Source: Paraspadella gotoi (Eukaryota > Animalia > Chaetognatha). Taken from it: a stretch of 64,000 bases of DNA. The position numbers and the translations under genes were made by a program. Shown in pieces: positions 38,827 to 49,618 of this stretch (its first letter is position 1; each line of letters starts with the position of its first letter). The notes under the pieces were generated by a model. It searched no databases, was not told the DNA's origin, and saw only the letters and a list, made by a program, of their open reading frames with translations. The stretch is from NCBI GenBank assembly GCA_051294375.1, contig CM119269.1, forward strand, positions 7,607,446 to 7,671,445. The letters run 5' to 3'.

Positions 38827-41261
38827 TTTTTTGTGATATTCTCTCTTGACCCGTTGATGATGTTCTAAACACGAGGAAGCAGAATACGACAATGATTCAA
38901 ACTTGAATTAAACACGGCGAAAATGTTGAATGTTTTTAAAATGGAAACGCTTTTAGTTTTTTTATAGATTTGGTTCCTATTTCGATTTTTAAAAAAAATT
39001 TAGTTTGAGTGCGATATGTTTACAGCAAGGTTTTACTATTTTTTAGACCCAACTGTGATATTCGTGGTGGAGTTAAGCATTTTGTGAATGAGAGTTACAA
39101 TTTTTTTACAGAAAATATGAAAAGAAATGACGACGAAATAAAAATCATAAAAACTGCAGCCCACCTTCCCTTTTTATGTTTTTTTTTGGGGGGGGTGGGG
39201 GGAAATTCGCATCACCTTTTTTTGGCTCCCGTATATTGGTCTTCCACAATTGTCGCACGAGCTCGTGTCCATATTCCTTTGAGATTAATCAGTCGATGTC
39301 GGGATGCCTCACGTTGCCACCATTTTTAGCTATTAAAATTTTAACAATTTATATTATTTGTCCCTCCGAGGTGCGAATTTTTCTACCGTTGGTTTAAATC
39401 ATTCTTTTGAAAGTCGTCTCTTCATCGACTTCAAACATCGACGTTTGGCTGCTGAAATTTCACCGTCACATTCGATGTTTACAGATTTTTTTTCGGACCG
39501 TGTCATCAAAATTGTTGATATTCTTGTCTGTTTGAGATAAGGCCAATTGGCGTGATTTAAATAGCCACCAAATTTTTAATGTATTATTTTAAATAGACTA
39601 TATAGTTTCTATCAATCTAGTCTGTATTTAACACGAACGTGTTCGAAAGCTACGATACGCGTTAATCGCACCAATAAAAAAGGAAAAAAAAGTTTGGAAA
39701 AGGAACAATGTAATTGTGTACTGTTATGTGAAAGAACTTTGACGAGTTTACAATGAATCGTGGTTCATGACAACATTTTGGCCCTTTCGCATTATACATA
39801 TGAGTTAAAACAAACCTAGTTTTAAACAAATTTCAACTTAATTCTGGTTATTATTTCGAAAAACATAATTAGAAAGACGTAGCACTTGTAATTGGTCCTT
39901 AGATATGTTAAATTTCAGTATGTTGATATTGATTACCATGAGCTAAAATAGTTGGTTATAGTTTTTGTCAAAAATACTAGAAAATTTTATTAATTCTTTA
40001 AAAAACCTCATGGATCTTTTAGATTGAATTTGTTTCAATGAAAATATTTGCAAAAAATTGTATTTGTCTTATTGAAATCTAATTTCTTAGAGCAATTTAC
40101 TCTTTTTGTTGAAGTAGGCAATATATAGTATTTTTTTAAATCCATTTATGTAGAAAGGTTTAGAACTTCACTTTGATATTTAACTAAATATTCTTCTGCT
40201 ATACCTCCTATACCTTTCGATAACATAGTTGCAAAGTTCACCTTTTAAAGAATAATTTTGTATTTTTTCAAGAGTAAGGTTTGTGTTGGAGACCTTACGT
40301 AGAATGAAGAACAGGAAACGAGTAAACGAGTTTTAAGGATTGCCACATTTTAAGATTCATCAGCTTACTGAAAACGTAAATCTTAAATTTGTTAAATTTA
40401 AAAAATATATGAGCATCCATGCTTGATTTTTTCTCTGCATTATGCAAACTAAACTAAAAAACCGACTTCTAACTAATTTGTAACTAGTTTGAACTGACAG
40501 AAAGACTAAATACAAGAAAGTTATTCTTTTGTTGAGGATGAGTTGTCAATTGCATTTATGATTCAAAGATGACGCTCCAATTTAGTTACAATTGACTATC
40601 GTGTCTAGTTTTTTTTTTTTTTTTTTTTTTGGTTTTTTGAGTAACTTAATGACCCCAAAAACTCATAACGTTAGATTAAAATATGAAGCTAAAGGCTCAG
40701 CGTCTTTGAGTCTAACATGTACGCGACGTTGTCCACACGAAAAATTCCTCTTTAAAAAAAATAAACTTTCAAGTCGAAGTCAAAGATGGATTCATATTCG
40801 GTGGTGAGAGAATGTGTTGGCCTCTTCGTTCAAGGCGGGAATCCCACTCCGACTTCACCTCGATCACAACTCGAAATCTTGGCTCACTGCTCGGACAGTA
40901 ATCGTTCTCTGCTCGGACTTCACTGGTGAAAAGTTCACGCGGCTGCTCCGACCGAGAGGCTGCAAAGTTTTGGTGACCTCGAGCATTCGGGCCTTCTCTC
41001 GATTCGAGATCAATTTCGCCTGTTTTTATATTTCCTGCCCGTTTTTGTTTTCCGATTTTTTGTTATATTACTAATTCTTACGTAAACCACTTTACACCAC
41101 GATAAATTCTTTTTTTTTTTTTTGGCAGAAATTTTTTCCTACGAGCTACGAGCAAAGAAGTTTTAACTGTGAATTAACTCTGAACGAGAAATTCAAGCAG
41201 TTGAATTTTTTGCTACGTGGCAAATCGTCTACTATAAACTTGTTAAAAATAATTAAAAATA

Positions 41262-43889
41262 ATGGCGGATGATTGGGTGGACGAAGCTCCCGTCGCCAGC
41301 GCCTGGGACGGCAGCAGTGCCAGCGGTGTATTCGGCGGAGCGAAGGGAGGATTTGGTGGAGGATTTGGCGACGGCGGCTCCCGCGGAGGATTCGGTGGCA
41401 GCGGCAGCAGCAGAGGTGGATTTGGATCGTCCCATCAAAACGGAGGCTTTGGCGGAGGCGGTGGCGGAAACGCATGCCACCGATGCGGCGAAACTGGTCA
41501 CTTTGCAAGAGAATGCCCTCAAGGCGGTGGCAGCGGCGGCGCTAAGCCAGGTGGTGGATCAAATGTGTGTTACAAATGTCAAGAAGTCGGTCACTTTGCC
41601 CGAGAATGTCCACAGGGCGGCGGCGGCGGCGGAGGCGGCGATTGCTTTAAATGTCATCAACCGGGTCATTTCGCTCGTGAATGCCCCAACGACACTGGAA
41701 CTTCAAGCAGGTCCTATAATACCGGCGGCCGTGGTGGCACGGCCAAGTCCTGGAACAACAACAACAACAACACTTGGAATGGAGGAGACTCGAAAACCGG
41801 AAGCTTTAATTCCGTTGGCAGCAGCGTCGGCGGAGGTTGGGGCAACGACGCCTCAACTGACTCCTCGGCGTCCTTTTCCTCCACCGCGCCTCGTTATGGA
41901 TTCCCTTCTTCCGTGGGCGTCGATGGAACCGACTTTTCGGTGCCGCCTCCACCGAAAATCGGCCGCGGACGCGGCGTCCTCAAAAAGCAGTACGCGCCGT
42001 CGACAGTCGGATCTGGTGCCTCCTTTCAATCGAGCATGAGCGGCGCCGATCCCGGATTCGGTGGATTTTCCGGTAACGCCCCGGGATCCGGCAGCGGCGT
42101 TTCTTCAAGCGGATTTGGGACTAACTCTTTTGCCAGTTTTGGCAGCGGTGGTAATGTGGCCGCCAAAGACCAAGGTTCCGACGGTGGATTCGGCGATAGC
42201 TCCTTTAACGCCTCCCGCGCGAAGAATCCTAGCGGTGGATTCGGTGGCGGCGGCGGGGACAATACTTGCCGCAGCTGCCATGAGCCCGGACACATTGCCC
42301 GCGATTGTCCAAGCAAAGTGTGCCACAAATGCAAGCAGTCTGGTCACTTTGCCCGCGAATGTCAAGAAGAGGCCGTCCTTGACCCTTCCCGGCCGAAACC
42401 CGTCACCTACGTCCCGGAAGACGATGAGGGCACGCTGCAGAGCGTCTCTCAGGGCATTAACTTCGATAAATATCAAAACATCGCCGTGAAGGTGACCGGT
42501 ACCGATGCCCAATCCTTCGACCGGGGCGTCGACTCTTTCGAGGAGATGGACCTCTTCCCCGAGACTCTAAAAAACGTTAGGCGCCTCTACGCGAAGCCGA
42601 CGCCGATTCAACGACACGCCGTGCCCATCATCAACGCTGGGCGCGACCTCATGGCCTGCGCTCAGACTGGATCTGGCAAAACGTTGGCATTCATTCTGCC
42701 CGTCATCGGCGGGATCGTTCGCGAGAACCCGGCCGGCGGGTCCGCGGGCGTCGCCACTCCGATCGCCCTCGTCCTCAGCCCGACGAGAGAGTTAGCACGC
42801 CAAATTTACAACCACGCCAGAGAGTTTTGCCGGGGAACCGTCGTCCGGGCGGAGATGTGCTACGGAGGGACGGCGATCTCGGAGAACGTGCGCCGCCTAC
42901 CTGGCTGTCACATCCTGATCGCCACGCCCGGCCGCTTGAAAGATTTGGTTAACAACCGCCGCGTGGTCGACCTCTCCTCCATCAAGTACTTCATCCTCGA
43001 TGAGGCCGACCGGATGCTGGACATGGGCTTCGAGGATGAAATTCGAGCCATTGAGACAAGCGGGATGACGCCCAAGCAGAACCGCCAGACCCTTCTTTTC
43101 TCTGCCACATTTCCGGCCAGGATTCAAGAATTAGGCATGGACTTTATGAAGGATCATCTCTTCATCGCCGTTGGCATCGTCGGCGGCGCCAACACTGACA
43201 TCGAGCAGTCTATAATGCAAGTCTCTCAGCACGACAAGCGGGAAAAGCTGGTGGAGCTGCTGACGGCCTTACCGGACAAGCTGGTGCTCGTCTTCGTGGA
43301 GGCCAAGCGGCAGGCCGACTTCTTGGCCTCTTACCTGTCTCAATCCGAATTTTGTGCCACCTCCATCCATGGCGATCGCGAGCAACGCCAGCGCGAGGAG
43401 GCGTTGCGTGATTTCCGTTCCAAGCGGGCACCTATTCTCATCGCCACCAACGTCGCAGCCAGGGGGCTCGACATTCCCGAAGTGGAAATGGTCGTCAACT
43501 TCGATTTGCCGTCGTCGGCCGACGAATACGTGCACCGAATCGGGAGGACGGGACGCTGTGGTAACGTCGGCCGCGCCGTCACCTTCTTCGACGAGTTTCG
43601 AGATAACGACCTCTCGCTCTCTCGCGACATCGTGTCCACGATGCGACAGGCCGAACAGAATGTGCCTGAATGGCTCGAAACAATCGCCACCCAGCGCGGA
43701 GGCGGAGGCGGCTTCGGAGGCGGTAACCACGCCTCCGACGTCAGGCGACGCCGTGGAAGGGGTGGAAACGACGCTGGCGGCGCCGATGCGGGAAGCAACG
43801 CCACCGGAGAAGACAATTGGGACCAGGATGTTGGAGATTCGGTTGGATTTGGAGGAGGCGCAACAGAGGAGGAAGAATTATGGGATTGA
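41262..43889 (+). CDS. vasa: Vasa/DDX4 germline DEAD-box RNA helicase, single-exon ORF (875 aa)
   Basis: MADDW start, GGF/RGG repeats, five CCHC zinc knuckles, GINFDKY, AQTGSGKT, PTRELA, TPGRL, DEAD, SAT, ARGLD, HRIGRTGR, acidic C-terminus EEEELWD. Confidence 0.96.
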   Translation: MADDWVDEAPVASAWDGSSASGVFGGAKGGFGGGFGDGGSRGGFGGSGSSRGGFGSSHQNGGFGGGGGGNACHRCGETGHFARECPQGGGSGGAKPGGGSNVCYKCQEVGHFARECPQGGGGGGGGDCFKCHQPGHFARECPNDTGTSSRSYNTGGRGGTAKSWNNNNNNTWNGGDSKTGSFNSVGSSVGGGWGNDASTDSSASFSSTAPRYGFPSSVGVDGTDFSVPPPPKIGRGRGVLKKQYAPSTVGSGASFQSSMSGADPGFGGFSGNAPGSGSGVSSSGFGTNSFASFGSGGNVAAKDQGSDGGFGDSSFNASRAKNPSGGFGGGGGDNTCRSCHEPGHIARDCPSKVCHKCKQSGHFARECQEEAVLDPSRPKPVTYVPEDDEGTLQSVSQGINFDKYQNIAVKVTGTDAQSFDRGVDSFEEMDLFPETLKNVRRLYAKPTPIQRHAVPIINAGRDLMACAQTGSGKTLAFILPVIGGIVRENPAGGSAGVATPIALVLSPTRELARQIYNHAREFCRGTVVRAEMCYGGTAISENVRRLPGCHILIATPGRLKDLVNNRRVVDLSSIKYFILDEADRMLDMGFEDEIRAIETSGMTPKQNRQTLLFSATFPARIQELGMDFMKDHLFIAVGIVGGANTDIEQSIMQVSQHDKREKLVELLTALPDKLVLVFVEAKRQADFLASYLSQSEFCATSIHGDREQRQREEALRDFRSKRAPILIATNVAARGLDIPEVEMVVNFDLPSSADEYVHRIGRTGRCGNVGRAVTFFDEFRDNDLSLSRDIVSTMRQAEQNVPEWLETIATQRGGGGGFGGGNHASDVRRRRGRGGNDAGGADAGSNATGEDNWDQDVGDSVGFGGGATEEEELWD

Positions 43890-44548
43890 GATTCCTCCAA
43901 ATTTTTTATTATTTTTTAAAGGGGTGGCCTGGCAGCTTACCATTGTTATTTAGTCATTTCTTTTCTGTAATAATAATTTTTTTATTGCATGAAATAATGG
44001 TAATGATTTTTAGAATTTTTTTTCGCTGATCCTGCTGAATACATTTGAAATCGAATAGTTAATATCATTTTCTGATTTTATAAGTTACAATGCTTTTTTA
44101 AATCGTTTGAATCGCCGTATGGAAAATCATGTTAATTAATAACTATTAAATTCAGGTTATATATTTGTCATCGCTTTTATTTTGCTTTTTAAACTTTTTT
44201 TTTAGTTAAATGTACAATGAAAAAACCATCAGCTATAGAGGGAAAAGATAAGTTTTTTTTTAAATCTTTTGTTAACTATTTTTGTAGTGTTAATCTAAAG
44301 AAAAAATCGTCGCTCTATAATTCGTTTAGTTCTTATACATTAAATGGGCTGTCAATGGCGAAAAATTATTAATGGGTTAGTAGTATGGGTTAGCTGGGTT
44401 AGTAGTAATAGATGAGACAGGTAGCTACATTTTGGGGCGTACTTTTAAAATTTGTAATAGAATCCAAGTTCAAAAGATGTCGTGAAAGTTGTGTGTAAAT
44501 CCCTTCTTTTTTGTTGTGTTTGTGGTTTAAAGAGACGAATAGTTTATT

Positions 44549-44558
44549 NNNNNNNNNN
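44549..44558. other. Assembly gap (10 N) flanked by a ~325-bp direct duplication (44225-44548 and 44559-44888)
   Basis: N run. The sequences either side are near-identical. Confidence 0.95.
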
Positions 44559-44921
44559 ACCATCAGCTATAGAGTATAGAGGGAAAAGATAAGTTTTTTT
44601 TTAATCTTTTGTTAACTATTTTTGTAGTGTTAATCTAAAGAAAAAATCGTCGCTCTATAATTCGTTTAGTTCTTATACATTAAATGGGCTGTCAATGGCG
44701 AAAAATTATTAATGGGTTAGTAGTATGGGTTAGCTGGGTTAGTAGTAATAGATGAGACAGGTAGCTACATTTTGGGGCGTACTTTTAAAATTTGTAATAG
44801 AATCCAAGTTCAAAAGATGTCGTGAAAGTTGTGTGTAAATCCCTTCTTTTTTGTTGTGTTTGTGGTTTAAAGAGACGAATAGTTTATTGGCAACAACAAT
44901 TTTTATTATATAGACGAACAT

Positions 44922-44967
44922 GTTTCGCTGATGAAGGCTTACATTGAAGCTTAAACGTGTCCGAAAT
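44922..44967 (+). ncRNA. Degenerate minimal type I hammerhead ribozyme (Penelope-like), probably inactive
   Basis: Stem I TTTCG/CGAAA, core CTGATGA, stem II AGGCTT/AAGCTT, then AAAC-GT-GTC. The G of the GAAA core is missing. Confidence 0.5.
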
Positions 44968-45772
44968 TTGTTTCTTTATAAAACTTGTACGTAAACAAAC
45001 AATTCATTTTCTATCTCAAACATAAAAATAGCAATTAAAATAAATTTAAAACAATTATTATTTATTATAAAATTTGAATTACTGAATAAAAAATTGTATA
45101 TTATTGCGCAAAGTGAGACTCGACGCTAGAGGGAAAACAAAATTAAATGGATTAACAAAGCACCGACCGGTGGTACCTCAGGTTGGATACGTAAGTTGAA
45201 TAGTAAAGTTACCCTTAATTATTTTAAACAAAATTTACCTCTATGCTTAAAATTATTCTTAACTCAGAACTTCGTACTTTTATTTGATGAGCGGGGTTTT
45301 CCGTCTCTTGCTCACCCTTCTGAGAGTATCTATAACTGATTATTATTATAATTATTATTATTACTGATAACTATTCCTTATATTAAATATCATTATTAAA
45401 TTATGATATCTGAATTTTCTGCTTTTTTTGTTATGAAAACGTATCTTCTTTCCTACGTTAATTTATGTAGAAAAAGTTTGACCAACTTGTATAATTTTTT
45501 TCAAATTGTATTATTTTTTTAACTTGTACAATTTTTTTGACTTTCATAATTTTTTTTAATTGAATAATTTTTTAATTTGTATGTTTTTTTTAAAAAGTCA
45601 TTAGTAGAGAGAGAAAAAAATAAATCCTAATAATAAAAAGGAAGAAGTTAAAAAGCTGAAAAAAAGGTTCTTTAAACTTATGAGGTCGTACATCAAATGT
45701 TTTATTTTTACATTTTATATACAAAGATTTTTTACTGAAATAAGCAAATTAGCATATACTTTAGAAATGAAA

Positions 45773-45860
45773 TTTTAGTTGCGCCGAGAGTACTCGGGGA
45801 GCAACTCTATAAGTCACTTTTCGGTTGGTCGGTCGGTATGTCGGTCTGTCGTTCTTTTCC
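45773..45860 (+). mobile_element. DINE-1/Helentron-like 5' end fragment
   Basis: TTTTAGTTGCGCCGAGAGTACTCGGGGAGCAACTCTATAAGTCACTTTTCGG hairpin followed by GGTC/GTC repeats. Related to 24145-24185 and to the - strand end at ~54600-54659. Confidence 0.55.
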
Positions 45861-48800
45861 ACTTACATTACATTATAGATACTAGATAGATTTTAAAACT
45901 GATGGGTATCTATTTAAACTATTGAATAAGACACAATATCTAAACAAAATAAACGGTAACGGTATAACTTTGGTTTTATTTCAATGGTTGATTTGAAATG
46001 GTGGGACCAAATCTAACAGAGGGATTGTACTTAAGTGCGTTATACAATAAGTTCACATAAAATCTATGTAAAAGCATGTGTAACTAACGCATCTGTTGAC
46101 CAGTGCAAAGAAAGTAAATTTGATTAGCAGATTTATGTATGTTCTTTCTACCATTCTTCAATAATATGTCATGTTAGTGTAACAAGTCAAAAATAGCATG
46201 AATTAAGAATTCAACAAAATGAGTTGATGACACTCACTGAGAATTGATGGCCCCAAAAAGCGAATTCAACTGTTCAATAATTTAGAGAATTTAAGTATTT
46301 TTAGTAGAAATTTTAATTGTCATAGCAAATATTATTTAAAATTAAGATAGGGATTGAAAATACATATTCTATTAGAATAGCACAAAAAACATTTAATGAT
46401 TAAATTATCTTAATTTTAAATTTTTATTATATAAAATTGTTTACGATCATAATAAATATTTGAAGTGTTAACAAGCAAAATTAAAATTTTTTTAATTCTG
46501 TTAACGATATTTCATCACATTATGTAGGCTGGCATTGAAAATTCTGTGAAATTTTAAAATTAATTATTGTATGTATTGCAAATATTTTATGCGTGATTTT
46601 TCTAAGAATGAGAAAACAGTTTTACAAAGGATGAGACATATCTGAAAAGATTATATAACTGAAGGTAATATGAGGGAACCGGTTGCTTTGATCATAGTAT
46701 ATTTTAATATATAATCTATTTGTTAACCAAATTTTCGGAATTTAGGTGTAGGAATGAGTTTTTATTGAGATTTATTATGTAAAATCATTTAATAGTAATC
46801 AGGGTAAGGAAAAAGCAATGAAAATTCTTGACTAAAAAGCAATGACAACAATTTCTTTGTGAAACAATTATTTACAAGTGGTAAAATGATTGTAACTATT
46901 ACAATTGATAAACCCTGTAGACTTGAAATTGCATCTAATGATACAAATGTATTATTCCATATCATAGGCAAGTCTATTAGGCTGAAGTAAGTGTGAATTA
47001 GGGATAGGGAAAGGTACGAGGCTTTTATATCACTAGCCAACATTAAAATCCTTTAATATTTAAAATAAAATAAGAAAGGTTTCCGTATACAGTTGATCAA
47101 AATCTCTATAATAGTAAAATATAAAATTTTGTCCACCGTTATTTTATTTTTTTAAACTAATTGACGCCCCTTCTACAGGCGACCATGAGTCACAAAAGAA
47201 ATTACCTTTAGCAGAACTCGCTGGAGACTACAGAATGAAAAGCACACATAACCTCGTAGAATATAATGCGCTCTCTCGGAAAATACACTTTTGTTATTAT
47301 AAACAAATTTTGTAATTAAAAATTTATACTCAGAATCGACATTTTTGATAAGCTTGTCCAATTTAAATATTTTGTAAAGAAATATGAATTCCATTGCCAA
47401 TGAAAGTTTTTTATCAAATAAATTTGTAAAAAAATAAATACTTTATAATTCTGGAATGTTTCATTTGTTACATATAAGAATTACATTCCATTTTTTCATT
47501 ACTCGGAAATTACAATATTAATTTAATTAGGTCATCTCGTTCATTAACATTTTTTAAAATATTTTTCAAGCAAGATTTTATTTATTGCCTCATTTTGATA
47601 CAAAAACCGGTGACATGAACTAATTAAAATATTTGTATTCAAAGAATTCATTTTTCCTTATACAATTTTAAATATTTTACTTTTTTGGAATTTGTTTACT
47701 TTGCGAATGCATAATAATTTTCTTTAATTAATTGTAAAACATAGATTAAGATTAAACTTTAAGATAATCATTAAAATTCGTCTTTTGGTGGACATTAAAT
47801 TAAAATAAATTGGTGTTTCCAGAATTTTAACACTGAATGCAATTTTAACTGACTACTAAAATTTTATGAGTTAATTTGAGTTTAAATCGGCGTATGTTTG
47901 TCACCATGGGATCGGGGACTTCTTTAAATATTTGCGTAAAATTTTCTCTCAGTTTCTTTTTCTTGCAGTCTGGCTAGTGTGTTGAAGTAATTGCATATAG
48001 AAGGTTTTTTGTTCGGTCTCTGGACGGGGATAAGAACAATGTAAAAATTAAATCTGCTGCCGTTTTCGATCCGTGCGGATAATTTAATGAAAAACTTTTT
48101 TCGGAAAGGGGTAATACTTAGGTGGAAGGAATTTACTACCTATTATAGAAAAAAAAGGAACTTGTGTTCAAAGGTTTGATTTCGTAAAAAATTGAGATGA
48201 ATACTTTCAAAATTTTACGACGATAGTACTTTAATAGATGCAGATGTTAATTACTACTGTTGTATGTTTAGCTTATTTTTTCAAAAAATTTTTTAACAAT
48301 TACGATGAAATAAGCGAAGAACGCTTTTTGTATTATTAGGCAAAACCCTGTTGTCATAATTCTCTCACTGATTAATAGTAGCAATCAAGAATCTACAACA
48401 TAGCGTGTTTTTGGCACTTATTTTAAAAAGCTTTCCCCAACACATGGTTCCTCAGACTACTTCAATTCATTTAGACCTCTTTGTAGGTTTGAAGTTGAGC
48501 TTTTCAAAACACTATGGGTTACCTTTGTTTTTTTTATAAGCAGTTAGTAGTAGTACACTTGGGCAAATTTCAGCTTCGTTCGTCACATGTTCATCAGGGT
48601 ATAATATTTGATGGAACCGTTGAAATAATTTTTTTTTTAAAGTGGGTTTTACTTTATTTACCTAAAATTGGTTGAATGAGCTTGTACGTATCAACTAAAG
48701 ATTTTCCCCCAAAATAATTTGTATTATTGAGTAAAGTACTTTAAAAAATTAACTACCTGTAAATTTTGCACTTAACAGAAAATCGGTTTAATTGGTGGAG

Positions 48801-49618
48801 AAAACTATTGGATTTTTAAATCTGCTTTTTCCGACGTCGCAAAGAAATGCTTGACATTACTGAAACTTTTTTCACAATGATGTTATTGCGAGTTACTTTT
48901 TTATAGATTTAAAATTAGATTAAAATAAACGGTTTAGAAATATACAGCGAGGTAAACTTTGAAGAATTGTTTGCACAGCCATTTAATGAAATTCTGAAAT
49001 GTTAATAACGAATTAATATTGTGAAATACATAATCTACTTTTAACTTGACAGAACCCTTCATCGTTAACAATTTTAAAATTAGGAAAGGCAAATAGTAAA
49101 AAATAATGAAGAAATGGCGCCCACGACAAAATCTTGCCTATGAGTTTAATATTTATAATATAGCGATGTTGCAGACAGATTATTCTCTGGTAACACATGA
49201 ACTTATTGCAGCTTTAGCTGGAGCAGTAATAGTTCTTTTTTTCATTGTATTTTATCTTTACAATTCAGCAAATATTTTATAATATAATATTCTTTGAATT
49301 ATTTTTTTGCACTCTACGAAAACATAAATCCGTCCCTGTTATTGGATCTGGTTACACTTGCGATTGAAAAGAAGCCAAATCTGTTTTAAAATATTGAGCT
49401 AGAAAAGATAACATTTGATAAGTTCATTCTATGTATGATTAAATTTTCACGAAACTCCGGAAAACAAAACGGTTAGTTAAAATGACAAATTTTTCGCGGT
49501 TCTCGAGGAGGGAGCGGGCGGAGAATATCAACATTAAATGTTCCTTTATTCCCCATGAAGGCAAAAATTTAAAAAAAAAGACATGATTAAAAAAAATATT
49601 ACTGTGCAATATGTTTCA

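Noticed and set aside
41146-43953. Multiple overlapping and antisense ORFs over vasa
   Set aside because: Shadow ORFs expected from GC-rich codon usage.
44225-44888. ~325-bp direct repeat pair
   Set aside because: The copies sit exactly either side of a 10-N gap, most likely unmerged overlapping contig ends.
46800-47315. Exon-like + strand segments (…IIGKSIRL|GTAAGT; LAGDYRMKSTHNLVEYNAL faintly FABP-like)
   Set aside because: Splice phases do not join and no convincing gene model could be built.
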